Positions 29,012-38,511 of a DNA stretch of 64,000 nucleotides are shown piece after piece; position 1 is the stretch's first letter; each line of letters starts with the position of its first letter. Origin of the DNA: Oscillospiraceae bacterium (GTDB lineage Bacteria; Bacillota; Clostridia; Oscillospirales; Ruminococcaceae); assembly GCA_015067215.1 (NCBI GenBank), contig SVMW01000003.1:6682-70681 (forward strand), written 5' to 3'. A model generated the notes under the pieces. It had not been told where the DNA came from, searched no databases, and saw only the letters and a list, made by a program, of their open reading frames with translations. Made by a program: the position numbers and the translations under genes.

Positions 29012-31840
29012 ATGAAGAAGAAACTGTTTTTTTTCATAAATTTAATATTTGCTCTTCTGTTGTGTTCGATGACAGTTTTTGCTGAAAGTGTTAATAACAA
29101 TGGAGTTTCAGCTGATACAACAGAAGTTGTTTATAATGCCCCTGATGAAATACGTGGTGTACTTGTTTCGCCGGGAGAAGACTTTGCTGTGCAAAAAGGA
29201 CAAGCTGAAGAAACCGTAAAAAAACAGATTGATAACATAATCAATACTGCTGACAGTTATGGGTTGAATACAATATATCTTAACCTGCAGCACAGGGAGG
29301 GCGTTATATATAAATCCGAGTATTATCCTGCATACACATCATTTGATGCTCTCGGATATTTTATTGAACAGGCAAAAGCATATGAGTTGTATATATATGC
29401 AATTGTAAATCCGTGTTATGTTGCAGCAGGAGATATATTATTTGATTATGGATATATCTACAGCGATATACTTGTACAGAGCCAGAACAATATGAGAGAA
29501 ATAGTATCTCAGTATAATATTGATGCCATTCTGGTCGAAGGCTATTACAACAGCATAACCGAAAACAGTTTTGAACAGTACAAAGCCTATTCTGCCGGTA
29601 TGGGCTTTGAGCAATGGATTAAAGAAAGCCCTACAAGTCTTGTAAAAGCACTTGGAGATACAGTGAAAAAAATTAACCCTGCAGTGCAGTTTGGCCTGAT
29701 TTGTGACAGTGTATGGGCGAACAGTTCAACTGTCGGTACAGGGTCTGCAACAAGCAACGATTTTGAAATGTATGTTGACGGGCATATTGATTTGCCTGTA
29801 ATGATGGCGGTGTGTGATATAAACACTGTACTTGTAAAACTTCCTGGTTCGCTTACAAATAAACAGATTCCGTTCAAAACAACATTATCATGGTGGAAAA
29901 ATTTTGCCTCCCAATATGACACAGATGTATGTCCCCTTATATATAACAGCAAACTTTCTACAGATGAACTCGGGTGGTCTTCGCCTGACCAGGTACTGCA
30001 GCAGCTTATTGCAATGCGCGATATCGGCGCAAAAGGTGCGGCTTTTGCATCATATAAGCATATAGAAGCCAATGAAGATGGCCATTCAAAACTTATTGAA
30101 GGTTATTTCAAAGGGTCAGTAAAAGCATCGGATGTACTTACAACTCTTACAGTCAGCCGCCCTGAACAGCTTACATATTCTACATATGAACCTGTTGTAA
30201 GTTTTTATGGTGCGTCAGACCCTAACTTCCCGCTGCTTCTTAATGGCGAAGAGGTTACACGAAATGATAAAGGTGTATTCTCACTGGAGATTGACCTTAA
30301 AGCAGGGGAAAACACCTTTGAATTTTCTCATAAAACAAAAACAGTTAAATATAACATTACAAGAAACATTAAAATTATTCAGTCGGTTTCACCTGAAGGT
30401 GCAATGACGGTAGAAGGAGACTCCACAATTCCTGTTTCTGTATATGCATATAAAAACTCTGTAGTTACAGCAACAATAAATGGAAAAACAATTCAGCTTG
30501 TTGAAAGTAATGCAGAAGATGACAGCACAGACAAAAACTCCAACTATGTGCTTTATATAGGCAACTACGCCTGTCCTTCAAGTACAGAATCAGTACAGAA
30601 TATCGGTAATATACAGATTTCAGGTACATGGGAAGGAATAACACAGACAGCAACAGGAGCAAGTATTAAAATTACTGCTTTGCCGCCACCTGAAATTACA
30701 GTTGGTGAAAAAGGAAATATGGTGGAAGTAACTGCTGCACAGGCAAGAACTTATCCGTCAGGTGTAATCAATGCTGACCCTTCAGGCGACTGTTTCCCAT
30801 TACCTAAAGGCAGCAGAGACTTTATTGCAAGCGATCTGCTTTCCTTTACAAGTGGCGGTAAAACATACAACTATTACGTTCTGCGTTCAGGTGTGCGCAT
30901 TAATGCGGCAGATGTGAATGTACTTGGAGAAGTTGAACTTACAGCCAATAATATTACCGAAGCAAGTGTATACGGTGAAAACGGATATACATATCTTAAA
31001 CTTAAACAGGATCAGCAAATGGCGTACAGGGCACATCTGCCAAACCTTGGTTTTAATACAAATGATGGTATAGGATCATTTAATTCAGGAGCAATTACCT
31101 TTACCTTCAATAATGTGGAAAATGTTTCTGAATCGGTTTCGTTTGCAGAAAACAATTTGTTCTCCTCTGCGACACTGAATAAAAATGGCAGTGATGCGGT
31201 TGTTACACTTAACTTCCACCGTGCAGGCAGATTTGCAGGTTACCGTGCATATTATCAGGATGGTTATCTGATATTCAGATTTACCAATATACCGTCATCA
31301 TTGTCGGGTGCAAAAATTTACATAGACCCCGGACATGGAGGATATGACTCCGGTGCGCTGCCTATTGAAGGTATGAAAACTGAGGCTCAGATAAACCGCG
31401 AAATTGCCAATAAAGTAGCGGCAATACTTCAGGAAAAAGGAGCAAATGTCAGAGTTACAGATACTACAAACTATGTAAGTCTTTCATCCCGTGTATCAAT
31501 GTCACAGGATTATTCACCGCATGTGTTTGTAAGTATTCATCAGAACTCATCAACATCTCCGTCTGCATATGGTTCGGAAGTATGGTATTTTAACCCTTAT
31601 TCTGAAATTTATGCCGATAAAATTTCAGCATCATTGTCCAATTCACTTGGCACCAGGGACAGAGGTGAAAAATACGGCTGGTATCAGGTTACCACACATA
31701 TGGAATTTCCGGCAGTTCTTGTGGAATGCGGGTTCCTTTCAAATGTAAGTGAATATGACAAACTTAAGGATGACTCTTATCAGAATGCAATGGCAAATGC
31801 GATTGCATCAGCGGTTGAAGCATCATTCAATGCAAAATAA
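29012..31840 (+). CDS. Secreted multidomain wall protein: GHL10 (YngK-like) domain + beta-rich middle + N-acetylmuramoyl-L-alanine amidase (Amidase_3)
   Basis: Signal peptide MKKKLFFFINLIFALLLCSMTVFA. N-terminal EIRGVLVS.. GHL10-like region. C-terminal IYIDPGHGGYDSGA, VSIHQNS, LVECGFLSN amidase_3 motifs. The second ATG (29012) is preferred because GGAGA lies 6 nt upstream. Confidence 0.7.
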   Translation: MKKKLFFFINLIFALLLCSMTVFAESVNNNGVSADTTEVVYNAPDEIRGVLVSPGEDFAVQKGQAEETVKKQIDNIINTADSYGLNTIYLNLQHREGVIYKSEYYPAYTSFDALGYFIEQAKAYELYIYAIVNPCYVAAGDILFDYGYIYSDILVQSQNNMREIVSQYNIDAILVEGYYNSITENSFEQYKAYSAGMGFEQWIKESPTSLVKALGDTVKKINPAVQFGLICDSVWANSSTVGTGSATSNDFEMYVDGHIDLPVMMAVCDINTVLVKLPGSLTNKQIPFKTTLSWWKNFASQYDTDVCPLIYNSKLSTDELGWSSPDQVLQQLIAMRDIGAKGAAFASYKHIEANEDGHSKLIEGYFKGSVKASDVLTTLTVSRPEQLTYSTYEPVVSFYGASDPNFPLLLNGEEVTRNDKGVFSLEIDLKAGENTFEFSHKTKTVKYNITRNIKIIQSVSPEGAMTVEGDSTIPVSVYAYKNSVVTATINGKTIQLVESNAEDDSTDKNSNYVLYIGNYACPSSTESVQNIGNIQISGTWEGITQTATGASIKITALPPPEITVGEKGNMVEVTAAQARTYPSGVINADPSGDCFPLPKGSRDFIASDLLSFTSGGKTYNYYVLRSGVRINAADVNVLGEVELTANNITEASVYGENGYTYLKLKQDQQMAYRAHLPNLGFNTNDGIGSFNSGAITFTFNNVENVSESVSFAENNLFSSATLNKNGSDAVVTLNFHRAGRFAGYRAYYQDGYLIFRFTNIPSSLSGAKIYIDPGHGGYDSGALPIEGMKTEAQINREIANKVAAILQEKGANVRVTDTTNYVSLSSRVSMSQDYSPHVFVSIHQNSSTSPSAYGSEVWYFNPYSEIYADKISASLSNSLGTRDRGEKYGWYQVTTHMEFPAVLVECGFLSNVSEYDKLKDDSYQNAMANAIASAVEASFNAK

Positions 31841-31852
31841 TTAATAACTTAA

Positions 31853-31890
31853 AACACATCGTCGCAAATAAAGTGGCGATGTGTTTTTTG
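31853..31890 (+). terminator. Rho-independent terminator
   Basis: Stem ACACATCG/CGATGTGT followed by TTTTTTG. Confidence 0.6.
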
Positions 31891-31940
31891 TTTGAATTAA
31901 AAAAATAATCCGCTCATATATATACTAGCGGGTGATATAA

Positions 31941-32708
31941 ATGGAAAACAAGGTTAAAGGTATTGAAACAGATGTAAAAAAACATAACAAAACTGAAGAC
32001 AAGAAAAAATACAGAAAAAACTGTGAAAATATGTATCTGTATGTTCAGATAGTAATTTCGGTAATTATGGTTTTTTCCGCTTTTTTGTTAAAGGGAAATA
32101 ACAGCAATGCATTTTATGCTGTCAGGGATGACTATAAAGCATTTTTTACCATTGGAGAAATAAAAGAAAGCAACTTTTCGTACAACAGCTTTTTAGAAAG
32201 TTTATCAGATGACATAAAGGAAAAATACCGGGCATTTACTCAGACAGTTGCGTATTTATACGGTAAAGGCAAAAATGATACTTATCCGTCTGATATTTCC
32301 TTTGAAAAATATGTACCGGAAGAAAAGGGAATAAAACCAGTAAAAGGTGTTTTAACCTCTGAATTTGGCATAAGAACCGACCCCTTTAACAAAAAAAGCA
32401 AAGACCTGCATACAGGCATTGATATTGCCGCTGCCAAAGGTACATTTATCAAAGCTTCATTCGAAGGAAAGGTTATTGAAACAGGTTATACCGATGTTGC
32501 AGGTAATTATATAAAAATTGAAACAAATGAAAACCTGCATACATTTTACGGTCATACACAATTTGTTTTTGTAAAGCAGGGAGATTATGTACTGAAAGGC
32601 CAGGTTATTGCCACTGTAGGTGATACAGGTATGGTTACAGGGCCACATCTGCATTTTGAGGTACTGTATGATGGTAACAGGGTAAATCCGGTATATACAA
32701 TTGAGTAA
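31941..32708 (+). CDS. Membrane-anchored M23/LytM-family metallopeptidase (SpoIVFA-position)
   Basis: One TM segment. HTGIDIAA (HxxxD) and GPHLHFEV (HxH) motifs are intact. Confidence 0.8.
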   Translation: MENKVKGIETDVKKHNKTEDKKKYRKNCENMYLYVQIVISVIMVFSAFLLKGNNSNAFYAVRDDYKAFFTIGEIKESNFSYNSFLESLSDDIKEKYRAFTQTVAYLYGKGKNDTYPSDISFEKYVPEEKGIKPVKGVLTSEFGIRTDPFNKKSKDLHTGIDIAAAKGTFIKASFEGKVIETGYTDVAGNYIKIETNENLHTFYGHTQFVFVKQGDYVLKGQVIATVGDTGMVTGPHLHFEVLYDGNRVNPVYTIE

Positions 32709-33245
32709 ATGTATTACTGTTTGCTTGTTATTATATTTTTTGCTCTGATATTTGATAAACTCAATATATTTCTTTATCTGCTTATCAGTTCTGTAATGCA
32801 CGAAGCGGGTCATATAATAGCCTGTATTATATTGGGAACGAAACCACGGATTGAATTATCAGTTTTTGGAATTAAACTTATAGGTTATCCCCGGACAAAA
32901 GGTAAAAAATTTATTGTTTTAATAAGTGGTCCATTGATTAACCTTGCAATGGTAGCAATTTCGGTATTTTTACTGAAAATAAATTTCAGCCTGAATATTT
33001 ATGTTTTTATGGTTATAAATTATGTGATTTTAATTTTTAACTGTCTGCCGGTATTTTTTCTTGATGGCGGACAGATTGTTGCATTGTTTTGCGCAGATCC
33101 AATGGTAAGAAAAACGCTTGATATAATATCTATAGCAGTTTTCTGTGTTATGACTGCAGTGTTTTCAAACAACATATATACATCAGCAGCAATGGTAAGT
33201 TTATTTATTATATATTATTTTATCAATAAGAAAACTGCATTTTAG
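32709..33245 (+). CDS. Small M50 site-2 protease family protein (SpoIVFB-like core, no CBS domain)
   Basis: 178 aa polytopic protein. HEAGH (HExxH) lies in a TM segment, with NCLPVFFLDGG (NxxPxxxLDG). ATG directly follows the M23 gene stop. Confidence 0.7.
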   Translation: MYYCLLVIIFFALIFDKLNIFLYLLISSVMHEAGHIIACIILGTKPRIELSVFGIKLIGYPRTKGKKFIVLISGPLINLAMVAISVFLLKINFSLNIYVFMVINYVILIFNCLPVFFLDGGQIVALFCADPMVRKTLDIISIAVFCVMTAVFSNNIYTSAAMVSLFIIYYFINKKTAF

Positions 33246-33270
33246 AGAATGCAGTTTTTATTTTTTTTGG
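33232..33270 (+). terminator. Rho-independent terminator
   Basis: 10-bp stem AAACTGCATT/AATGCAGTTT enclosing the stop codon, followed by a T-run. Confidence 0.6.
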
Positions 33271-33343
33271 CATTGTTCAATTATGTTTGAAAAAGACATT
33301 AATATATGATATCATAAAAAGTAATGATTTTCAGGAGGAAAAT

Positions 33344-35194
33344 ATGATAGACAATAAATTGAAATCAGCCCTATTAAGCGTTCAGAAACCTGCAAGATAC
33401 ACAGGCGGTGAACCGGGCTGCATTGTTAAAGATAAGAATAATACAGATATCCGCTTTGCATTCTGTTTCCCCGATACATACGAAGTTGGTATGTCTCATC
33501 TTGGTTTAAAAGTTATTTATGATGCTATAAACAGACAGTCAAATCTTGCCTGTGAACGCTGTTTTGCACCATGGCTTGATATGATTGAACAGATGAAAGA
33601 AAAAGATATTCCTCTGTATGCACTGGAAAGTAAAGATCCTCTTACAGCATTTGACATTATTGGTTTTACTTTGCAGTATGAACTTTCATACACCAATGTT
33701 CTGCTTATGCTTGAACTTGCAAAAATTCCGTTCTATGCAAAAGACAGAGATGAAAGCTATCCTTTAATCTGCGCAGGCGGTCCTTGCACCTGCAATGCAG
33801 AACCAATGGCAGACTTTTTTGACTTTATGTTCCTTGGTGAAGGTGAATATCATACTGTAGAAGTATGCAACAAACTTAATGAACTGAAAAAAGCAGGAAA
33901 ATCCAAACAGGAAATCCTTGTTGAACTTTCTAAAATTGAAGGTATATATGTTCCTTCACTTTATGATATTGAATATAACGAAGATAAAACAATAAAATCT
34001 GTATCTTCCAAAACTGCACCAATTCCTTGTTCAAAGGCAATTATCAGGGATTTTAAAAATCTGCCTTTCCCGACTGATGTTGCAGTACCAATGATTGGTG
34101 CAATTCATGACAGGGCAATGGTTGAAGTTCTCCGTGGCTGTGTGCGCGGCTGCCGTTTCTGTCAGGCAGGTTTTATCTATCGTCCTTTCCGTGAAAGAGA
34201 TGTGGACCTTATCAATGATGGGGCAAAAGAACTTTGCAGATGTACTGGTTATGAAGAAGTTTCTCTTACATCACTTTCTACAAGCGACCATCCTCAGCTG
34301 GAAGAAATGCTTGATAAAATGATGACCTGGACAGAAAAAGAAAAGGTTAACATTGCACTGCCGTCACTGCGTGTGGACAATTTTTCGGAAAGTCTGGTAG
34401 AAAAAGTTTCCAAAGTTCGCAAATCAGGGCTGACATTTGCGCCTGAAGCGGGCACACAGCGTCTGCGTGATATTATTAATAAAAATGTAACTGAAGAAGA
34501 AATTGAAAAAACATGCAAGCTTGCATTTAAAGCAGGCTATTCAGCAGTAAAACTTTACTTTATGATGGGGCTTCCTGGTGAAACAATGGAAGACATAAAA
34601 GGTATTGCAGATACAGCAAAACGCATTATCGAATATTACTACTCCATGCCTGACAGACCAAAGGGAAGGGGCGCTGAAGTTTCCATCAGTGTGGCTTGTT
34701 TTGTTCCTAAGCCATTCACACCATTCCAGTTTGTGGCGCAGAATACTGCTGAAGAATTTAAAGCAAAACAGGCATATCTGCTTGAATGCTGTGCAAACAA
34801 CAGAAGAATCAAGGTAAGTTATCACGATTCTGATACAAGCTTTCTGGAAGCTGTTTTTGCCCGTGGTGACCGTAAACTTTCAAAGGTTATTGTTGATGCA
34901 TATAAAAAAGGCAGCATATTTGACGGATGGTTTGAATGCTTTAATTATCAGAACTGGCTCAGCGCTTTTGCTGAAAACGACATTGATATGGCATTTTATG
35001 CAAACCGTGACCGTAAATATGATGAGATTAACCCTTGGGATCATATCAACTACGGTGTAACAAAAGAATTCCTTATCAGGGAATATGAAAAATCACTGGA
35101 AGCAATGACTTCAAAACCATGCAACAAGCAGTGTTACAACTGTGGTGCAAATAAACTTTTAGGGAGGGCTTGTTTTGAATACAATAAGGCTTAA
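33344..35194 (+). CDS. B12-binding-domain radical SAM protein (TIGR03960-like)
   Basis: CxxxCxxC as CVRGCRFC. Large N-terminal B12-like domain. ATG at 33344 is preceded by AGGAGG. Confidence 0.8.
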   Translation: MIDNKLKSALLSVQKPARYTGGEPGCIVKDKNNTDIRFAFCFPDTYEVGMSHLGLKVIYDAINRQSNLACERCFAPWLDMIEQMKEKDIPLYALESKDPLTAFDIIGFTLQYELSYTNVLLMLELAKIPFYAKDRDESYPLICAGGPCTCNAEPMADFFDFMFLGEGEYHTVEVCNKLNELKKAGKSKQEILVELSKIEGIYVPSLYDIEYNEDKTIKSVSSKTAPIPCSKAIIRDFKNLPFPTDVAVPMIGAIHDRAMVEVLRGCVRGCRFCQAGFIYRPFRERDVDLINDGAKELCRCTGYEEVSLTSLSTSDHPQLEEMLDKMMTWTEKEKVNIALPSLRVDNFSESLVEKVSKVRKSGLTFAPEAGTQRLRDIINKNVTEEEIEKTCKLAFKAGYSAVKLYFMMGLPGETMEDIKGIADTAKRIIEYYYSMPDRPKGRGAEVSISVACFVPKPFTPFQFVAQNTAEEFKAKQAYLLECCANNRRIKVSYHDSDTSFLEAVFARGDRKLSKVIVDAYKKGSIFDGWFECFNYQNWLSAFAENDIDMAFYANRDRKYDEINPWDHINYGVTKEFLIREYEKSLEAMTSKPCNKQCYNCGANKLLGRACFEYNKA

Positions 35195-35828
35195 ATTTAA
35201 AAAGACAGGTCTTTCTATTTATTATTCACAGCTTGACCTGCAGCGTGTTATGGCACGAGCATTAAAAAAATCAGGTTTACCTGTATGGTATTCACAGGGG
35301 TTTAACCCGCATATTTATATGACATTTACATTGCCTTTGTCACTTGGACATGAAAGTGAATGTGAAAGTGTAGATTTTCGTCTTAACGAAGAAATGTCTG
35401 AAGCAGATATCCTTAAAGCAATGGAAGGAACATTGCCACAGGGCATCGAGCTCGTTTCTGCAAAAGAACCTGATTATGATGCAAGAAGCATTATGTTTGC
35501 AAGATATGACATTACATTGTACGGTGAACAGAAAAAAATTGCTGATGCGCTTGACAGTTATGAAAAACTGGATCAGGCAATTGTTACAAAGGTTACCAAA
35601 AAAGGTCAGAAAGACATTAATCTTAAAGAACTTATAGGTAAAATTGAAATTACAGATAAAAAAGATGAAGAGGTTACCTTTACAGCAATTTATCCTGCAG
35701 GAACCCCATTGAATATCAATCCGCAGCTGCTTCTTGATTTTATCAAGGAGAATTATGGTGTGGAAGTTATCGATGCATTTGTAATCCGCAAAAATCTTTT
35801 TGATAAAGATATGAAAGTTCTGCAATAA
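35175..35828 (+). CDS. Radical-SAM-associated protein (TIGR03936/DUF2344-like)
   Basis: 217 aa, N-terminus IRLKFKKTGLSIYYSQLDLQRVMARAL. Overlaps the radical SAM gene by 20 nt. TTG start with GGGAGGG RBS. Confidence 0.7.
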   Translation: MNTIRLKFKKTGLSIYYSQLDLQRVMARALKKSGLPVWYSQGFNPHIYMTFTLPLSLGHESECESVDFRLNEEMSEADILKAMEGTLPQGIELVSAKEPDYDARSIMFARYDITLYGEQKKIADALDSYEKLDQAIVTKVTKKGQKDINLKELIGKIEITDKKDEEVTFTAIYPAGTPLNINPQLLLDFIKENYGVEVIDAFVIRKNLFDKDMKVLQ

Positions 35829-35890
35829 TACTATTTGTCAAATTATCAGAATTTTCAAGGCAAAATATGTACAATTTGTTTAAATTTTGC

Positions 35891-35919
35891 TTGACATTGT
35901 ATATATGTTGTGGTATTAT
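35891..35919 (+). promoter_or_regulatory. Strong sigma-A promoter for rplS
   Basis: TTGACA (35891-35896), 17-nt spacer, TGgTATTAT (extended -10, 35911-35919). Confidence 0.65.
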
Positions 35920-35925
35920 ATTTAG

Positions 35926-36049
35926 GCGTTAGTATCTGTTGAGCCATCAACAGGGTTAATGTATAAATAAAAATAAAGCATTAAACGGGTGGTCCGCTGC
36001 TGATAATATATTATCATTTATGAACACTTGTAAAATCATGGAGGAAAAA
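35926..36049 (+). promoter_or_regulatory. Structured 5' leader of rplS (candidate L19 autoregulatory leader)
   Basis: About 125-nt UTR with hairpin CTGTTGA-GCCA-TCAACAG (35936-35953) and the palindrome TGATAATATATTATCA (36001-36016). L19 leaders are known in low-GC Gram-positives. Confidence 0.35.
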
Positions 36050-36394
36050 ATGGACGCAATTAAATTGATGACAGAAGGCATGCTTAAAGCTGACAAACCA
36101 GTTGTTAACGTAGGTGACACAGTTAGAGTTCACGTACGTATCAAAGAAGGCGAAAGAGAAAGAATTCAGGTGTTCGAAGGCACAGTTATTGCTAAAAAAC
36201 ACGGTGGTATCAACGAAACATTTACAGTAAGACGTGTTGCTTACGGTTGTGGTGTTGAAAGAGTATTCCCAATCAACAGCCCATTTGTAGAAAAAGTAGA
36301 AACAGTTCGTACAGGTCGTGTTCGTCGTGCTAAACTCTTCTACCTCAGAGACCGTGTTGGTAAAGCTGCTAAAGTTAAAGAAAAAATCAAATAA
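36050..36394 (+). CDS. rplS: 50S ribosomal protein L19
   Basis: 114 aa from the ATG preceded by GGAGG. Motifs [23 protein letters not shown] and RRAKLFYLR. Confidence 0.95.
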   Translation: MDAIKLMTEGMLKADKPVVNVGDTVRVHVRIKEGERERIQVFEGTVIAKKHGGINETFTVRRVAYGCGVERVFPINSPFVEKVETVRTGRVRRAKLFYLRDRVGKAAKVKEKIK

Positions 36395-36403
36395 TCAAAA
36401 AAA

Positions 36404-36431
36404 AGAAGAGGACACATGCTGTCCTCTTTTT
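36404..36431 (+). terminator. Rho-independent terminator/attenuator after rplS
   Basis: Stem AAGAGGAC/GTCCTCTT followed by a T-run. Confidence 0.7.
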
Positions 36432-36470
36432 GATTATACAGCAAAAATACATTTAAGGAGTTTGGAACAG

Positions 36471-37001
36471 ATGAAAAAAGTTTCAATGAAAGAAATTTAT
36501 GAAACAGCAGAAAGCCTGATTATTGCTTTTGTAGTTATAACAGTGCTTATACTGTTTGTTTTCCGTGCAGTTTCGGTTGACGGGGATTCCATGCTGCCAA
36601 ACTTGCATGATAAGGACAGAATAATCACTACCAATTTGTTCTATAATGCACAAAAAGGTGATGTGGTGGTTGTGGATAAAAACACAAAATACGGAAAACC
36701 GCTTATCAAGCGTGTCATTGCAACAGCCGGTGATAAAATTGTTGTGGACTACAGCACAGGTGATGTGTATGTAAACAATGAAAAACTTATTGAAAATTAC
36801 ATTGCTGAAAAAATATATATACAGGACAGGGAAAATGTAGATACTGTTGTTCCAGAGGGATATGTTTTTGTTATGGGTGATAACCGCAATTATTCACTGG
36901 ATTCAAGAGATGAAGCGATTGGTTTTATAAACGAAAAAAATATTCTGGGTAAAGCTTTGCTGCAGATTTACCCTATAAGCGATATAGGAGTTGTAAAATA
37001 A
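36471..37001 (+). CDS. lepB: Signal peptidase I
   Basis: GDSMLPN (Ser), KRVIATAGD (Lys) and GDNRNYSLDSR boxes. ATG at 36471 with AAGGAG RBS; the longer ORF-track start overlaps rplS. Confidence 0.9.
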   Translation: MKKVSMKEIYETAESLIIAFVVITVLILFVFRAVSVDGDSMLPNLHDKDRIITTNLFYNAQKGDVVVVDKNTKYGKPLIKRVIATAGDKIVVDYSTGDVYVNNEKLIENYIAEKIYIQDRENVDTVVPEGYVFVMGDNRNYSLDSRDEAIGFINEKNILGKALLQIYPISDIGVVK

Positions 37002-37907
37002 ATGAAATACGACGAATTTGAAATTTTACAGGAACATAACGTAAACCATCAGCAGATACATTGGTTTCCGGGTCATATGATGAAAACACTTCGTCTTATG
37101 GAAAAGGAAGTAAAAAATGTGGATGTTGTAATTGTTCTGCTTGATTCCCGCATTCCGTTTTCCAGTCAGAACCCTGAAATTGAAAAGATTATTCAGAATA
37201 AAAACAGAATATATATTCTCAACAAGCAGGACCTTGCAGACCCGGAAATTACTGCAAAATGGATTAAATACTTTAAAGATAAAGGAACAGGTGCAATTGC
37301 TTTAAACAGCAAAACAGGCAAAAATTTCGGCTCTGTTAAAGCACAGATTGAAAAGGAACTCAGTGACCTGCTTGAAAGACGCCAGATGCGCGGTATTGAA
37401 GGTGCAAAAATACGTGCCATGCTGTGTGGTATTCCAAATGTAGGCAAATCTACATTTATTAATGGTTTCGCAGGAGAACAGAGAGCAAAAGCAGCTGACC
37501 GTCCGGGTGTTACACGCGGTAAACAGTGGATTACTGTAGATAACTTTGAACTGCTTGATATGCCGGGAGTTCTCTGGCGTAAATTTGACAACAACAACAT
37601 AGCTTCAAACCTTGCATTTATTGGTTCCATTAAAGATGAAATTCTTGATATTGAAACATTGGCAATGTCACTTATTGATGAAATCAAAAATATCTATCCT
37701 GCACTGCTTATGGAAAGATATAAACTTACAGAAGCTGACCTTGAACTTGACAACTATGATATTCTTCGCAAAATTGCGCGTAAACGCGGTATGTTGCTGC
37801 CGGGCAATGAAGAAAATACAGAACGTGCAGCAATAATGATTTGCGATGAATTCCGTTCATCCAAACTGGGCAGAATTACACTTGAAAGGCCGGAAGATTA
37901 TGTCTGA
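37002..37907 (+). CDS. rbgA: Ribosome biogenesis GTPase A (YlqF/RbgA)
   Basis: Circularly permuted GTPase: NKQDL, then GIPNVGKST, then DMPG. Confidence 0.9.
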   Translation: MKYDEFEILQEHNVNHQQIHWFPGHMMKTLRLMEKEVKNVDVVIVLLDSRIPFSSQNPEIEKIIQNKNRIYILNKQDLADPEITAKWIKYFKDKGTGAIALNSKTGKNFGSVKAQIEKELSDLLERRQMRGIEGAKIRAMLCGIPNVGKSTFINGFAGEQRAKAADRPGVTRGKQWITVDNFELLDMPGVLWRKFDNNNIASNLAFIGSIKDEILDIETLAMSLIDEIKNIYPALLMERYKLTEADLELDNYDILRKIARKRGMLLPGNEENTERAAIMICDEFRSSKLGRITLERPEDYV

Positions 37908-38511
37908 GTTGTACCTTTACGATAAAGCTTTAAAATCAGAATATCCGATTTTGTGCGGTGTTGATGAAGCAGGCAGAGGTCCGCTTTGCGGTCCTGTATG
38001 TTGTGCGGCAGTAATTCTGAAGGATGATTTTGTATGTGAAGAAATAAATGACTCAAAAAAACTTACCGAAAAGAAAAGAGAAAAGCTTTTTGATGTTATT
38101 ATTGATAACGCTGTTGCTTACAGTATTATCATGGTAAGCCCACAGACAATTGATGAGATAAATATACTTAATGCATCGCTTTTGGGAATGAAAAAAGCTG
38201 TAAAGGAACTTAACTTAACGCCAGATCTGGTTATTGTGGATGGCAATAAAGTACCTCCGCAGATGGAAGTTGAAACAAAAGCAATAGTAAAAGGTGATGG
38301 CAAAAGCCTTTCTATTGCGGCAGCTTCAATTCTGGCAAAGGTAAGCCGAGACAGATATATGGAAAAACTTCACGAACAATATCCTCAGTATCGCCTGGAT
38401 AAACACAAAGGATATCCTACAAAATTGCATTATGAACTTATTGCGGAACATGGAATACAGGATTTTTACCGAAAATCATTTTTTAAAAACAGACCGGAGC
38501 TTTTAAAATGA
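37900..38511 (+). CDS. rnhB: Ribonuclease HII
   Basis: GVDEAGRGPL active-site motif. ATG at 37900 overlaps the rbgA end. Confidence 0.9.
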   Translation: MSELYLYDKALKSEYPILCGVDEAGRGPLCGPVCCAAVILKDDFVCEEINDSKKLTEKKREKLFDVIIDNAVAYSIIMVSPQTIDEINILNASLLGMKKAVKELNLTPDLVIVDGNKVPPQMEVETKAIVKGDGKSLSIAAASILAKVSRDRYMEKLHEQYPQYRLDKHKGYPTKLHYELIAEHGIQDFYRKSFFKNRPELLK

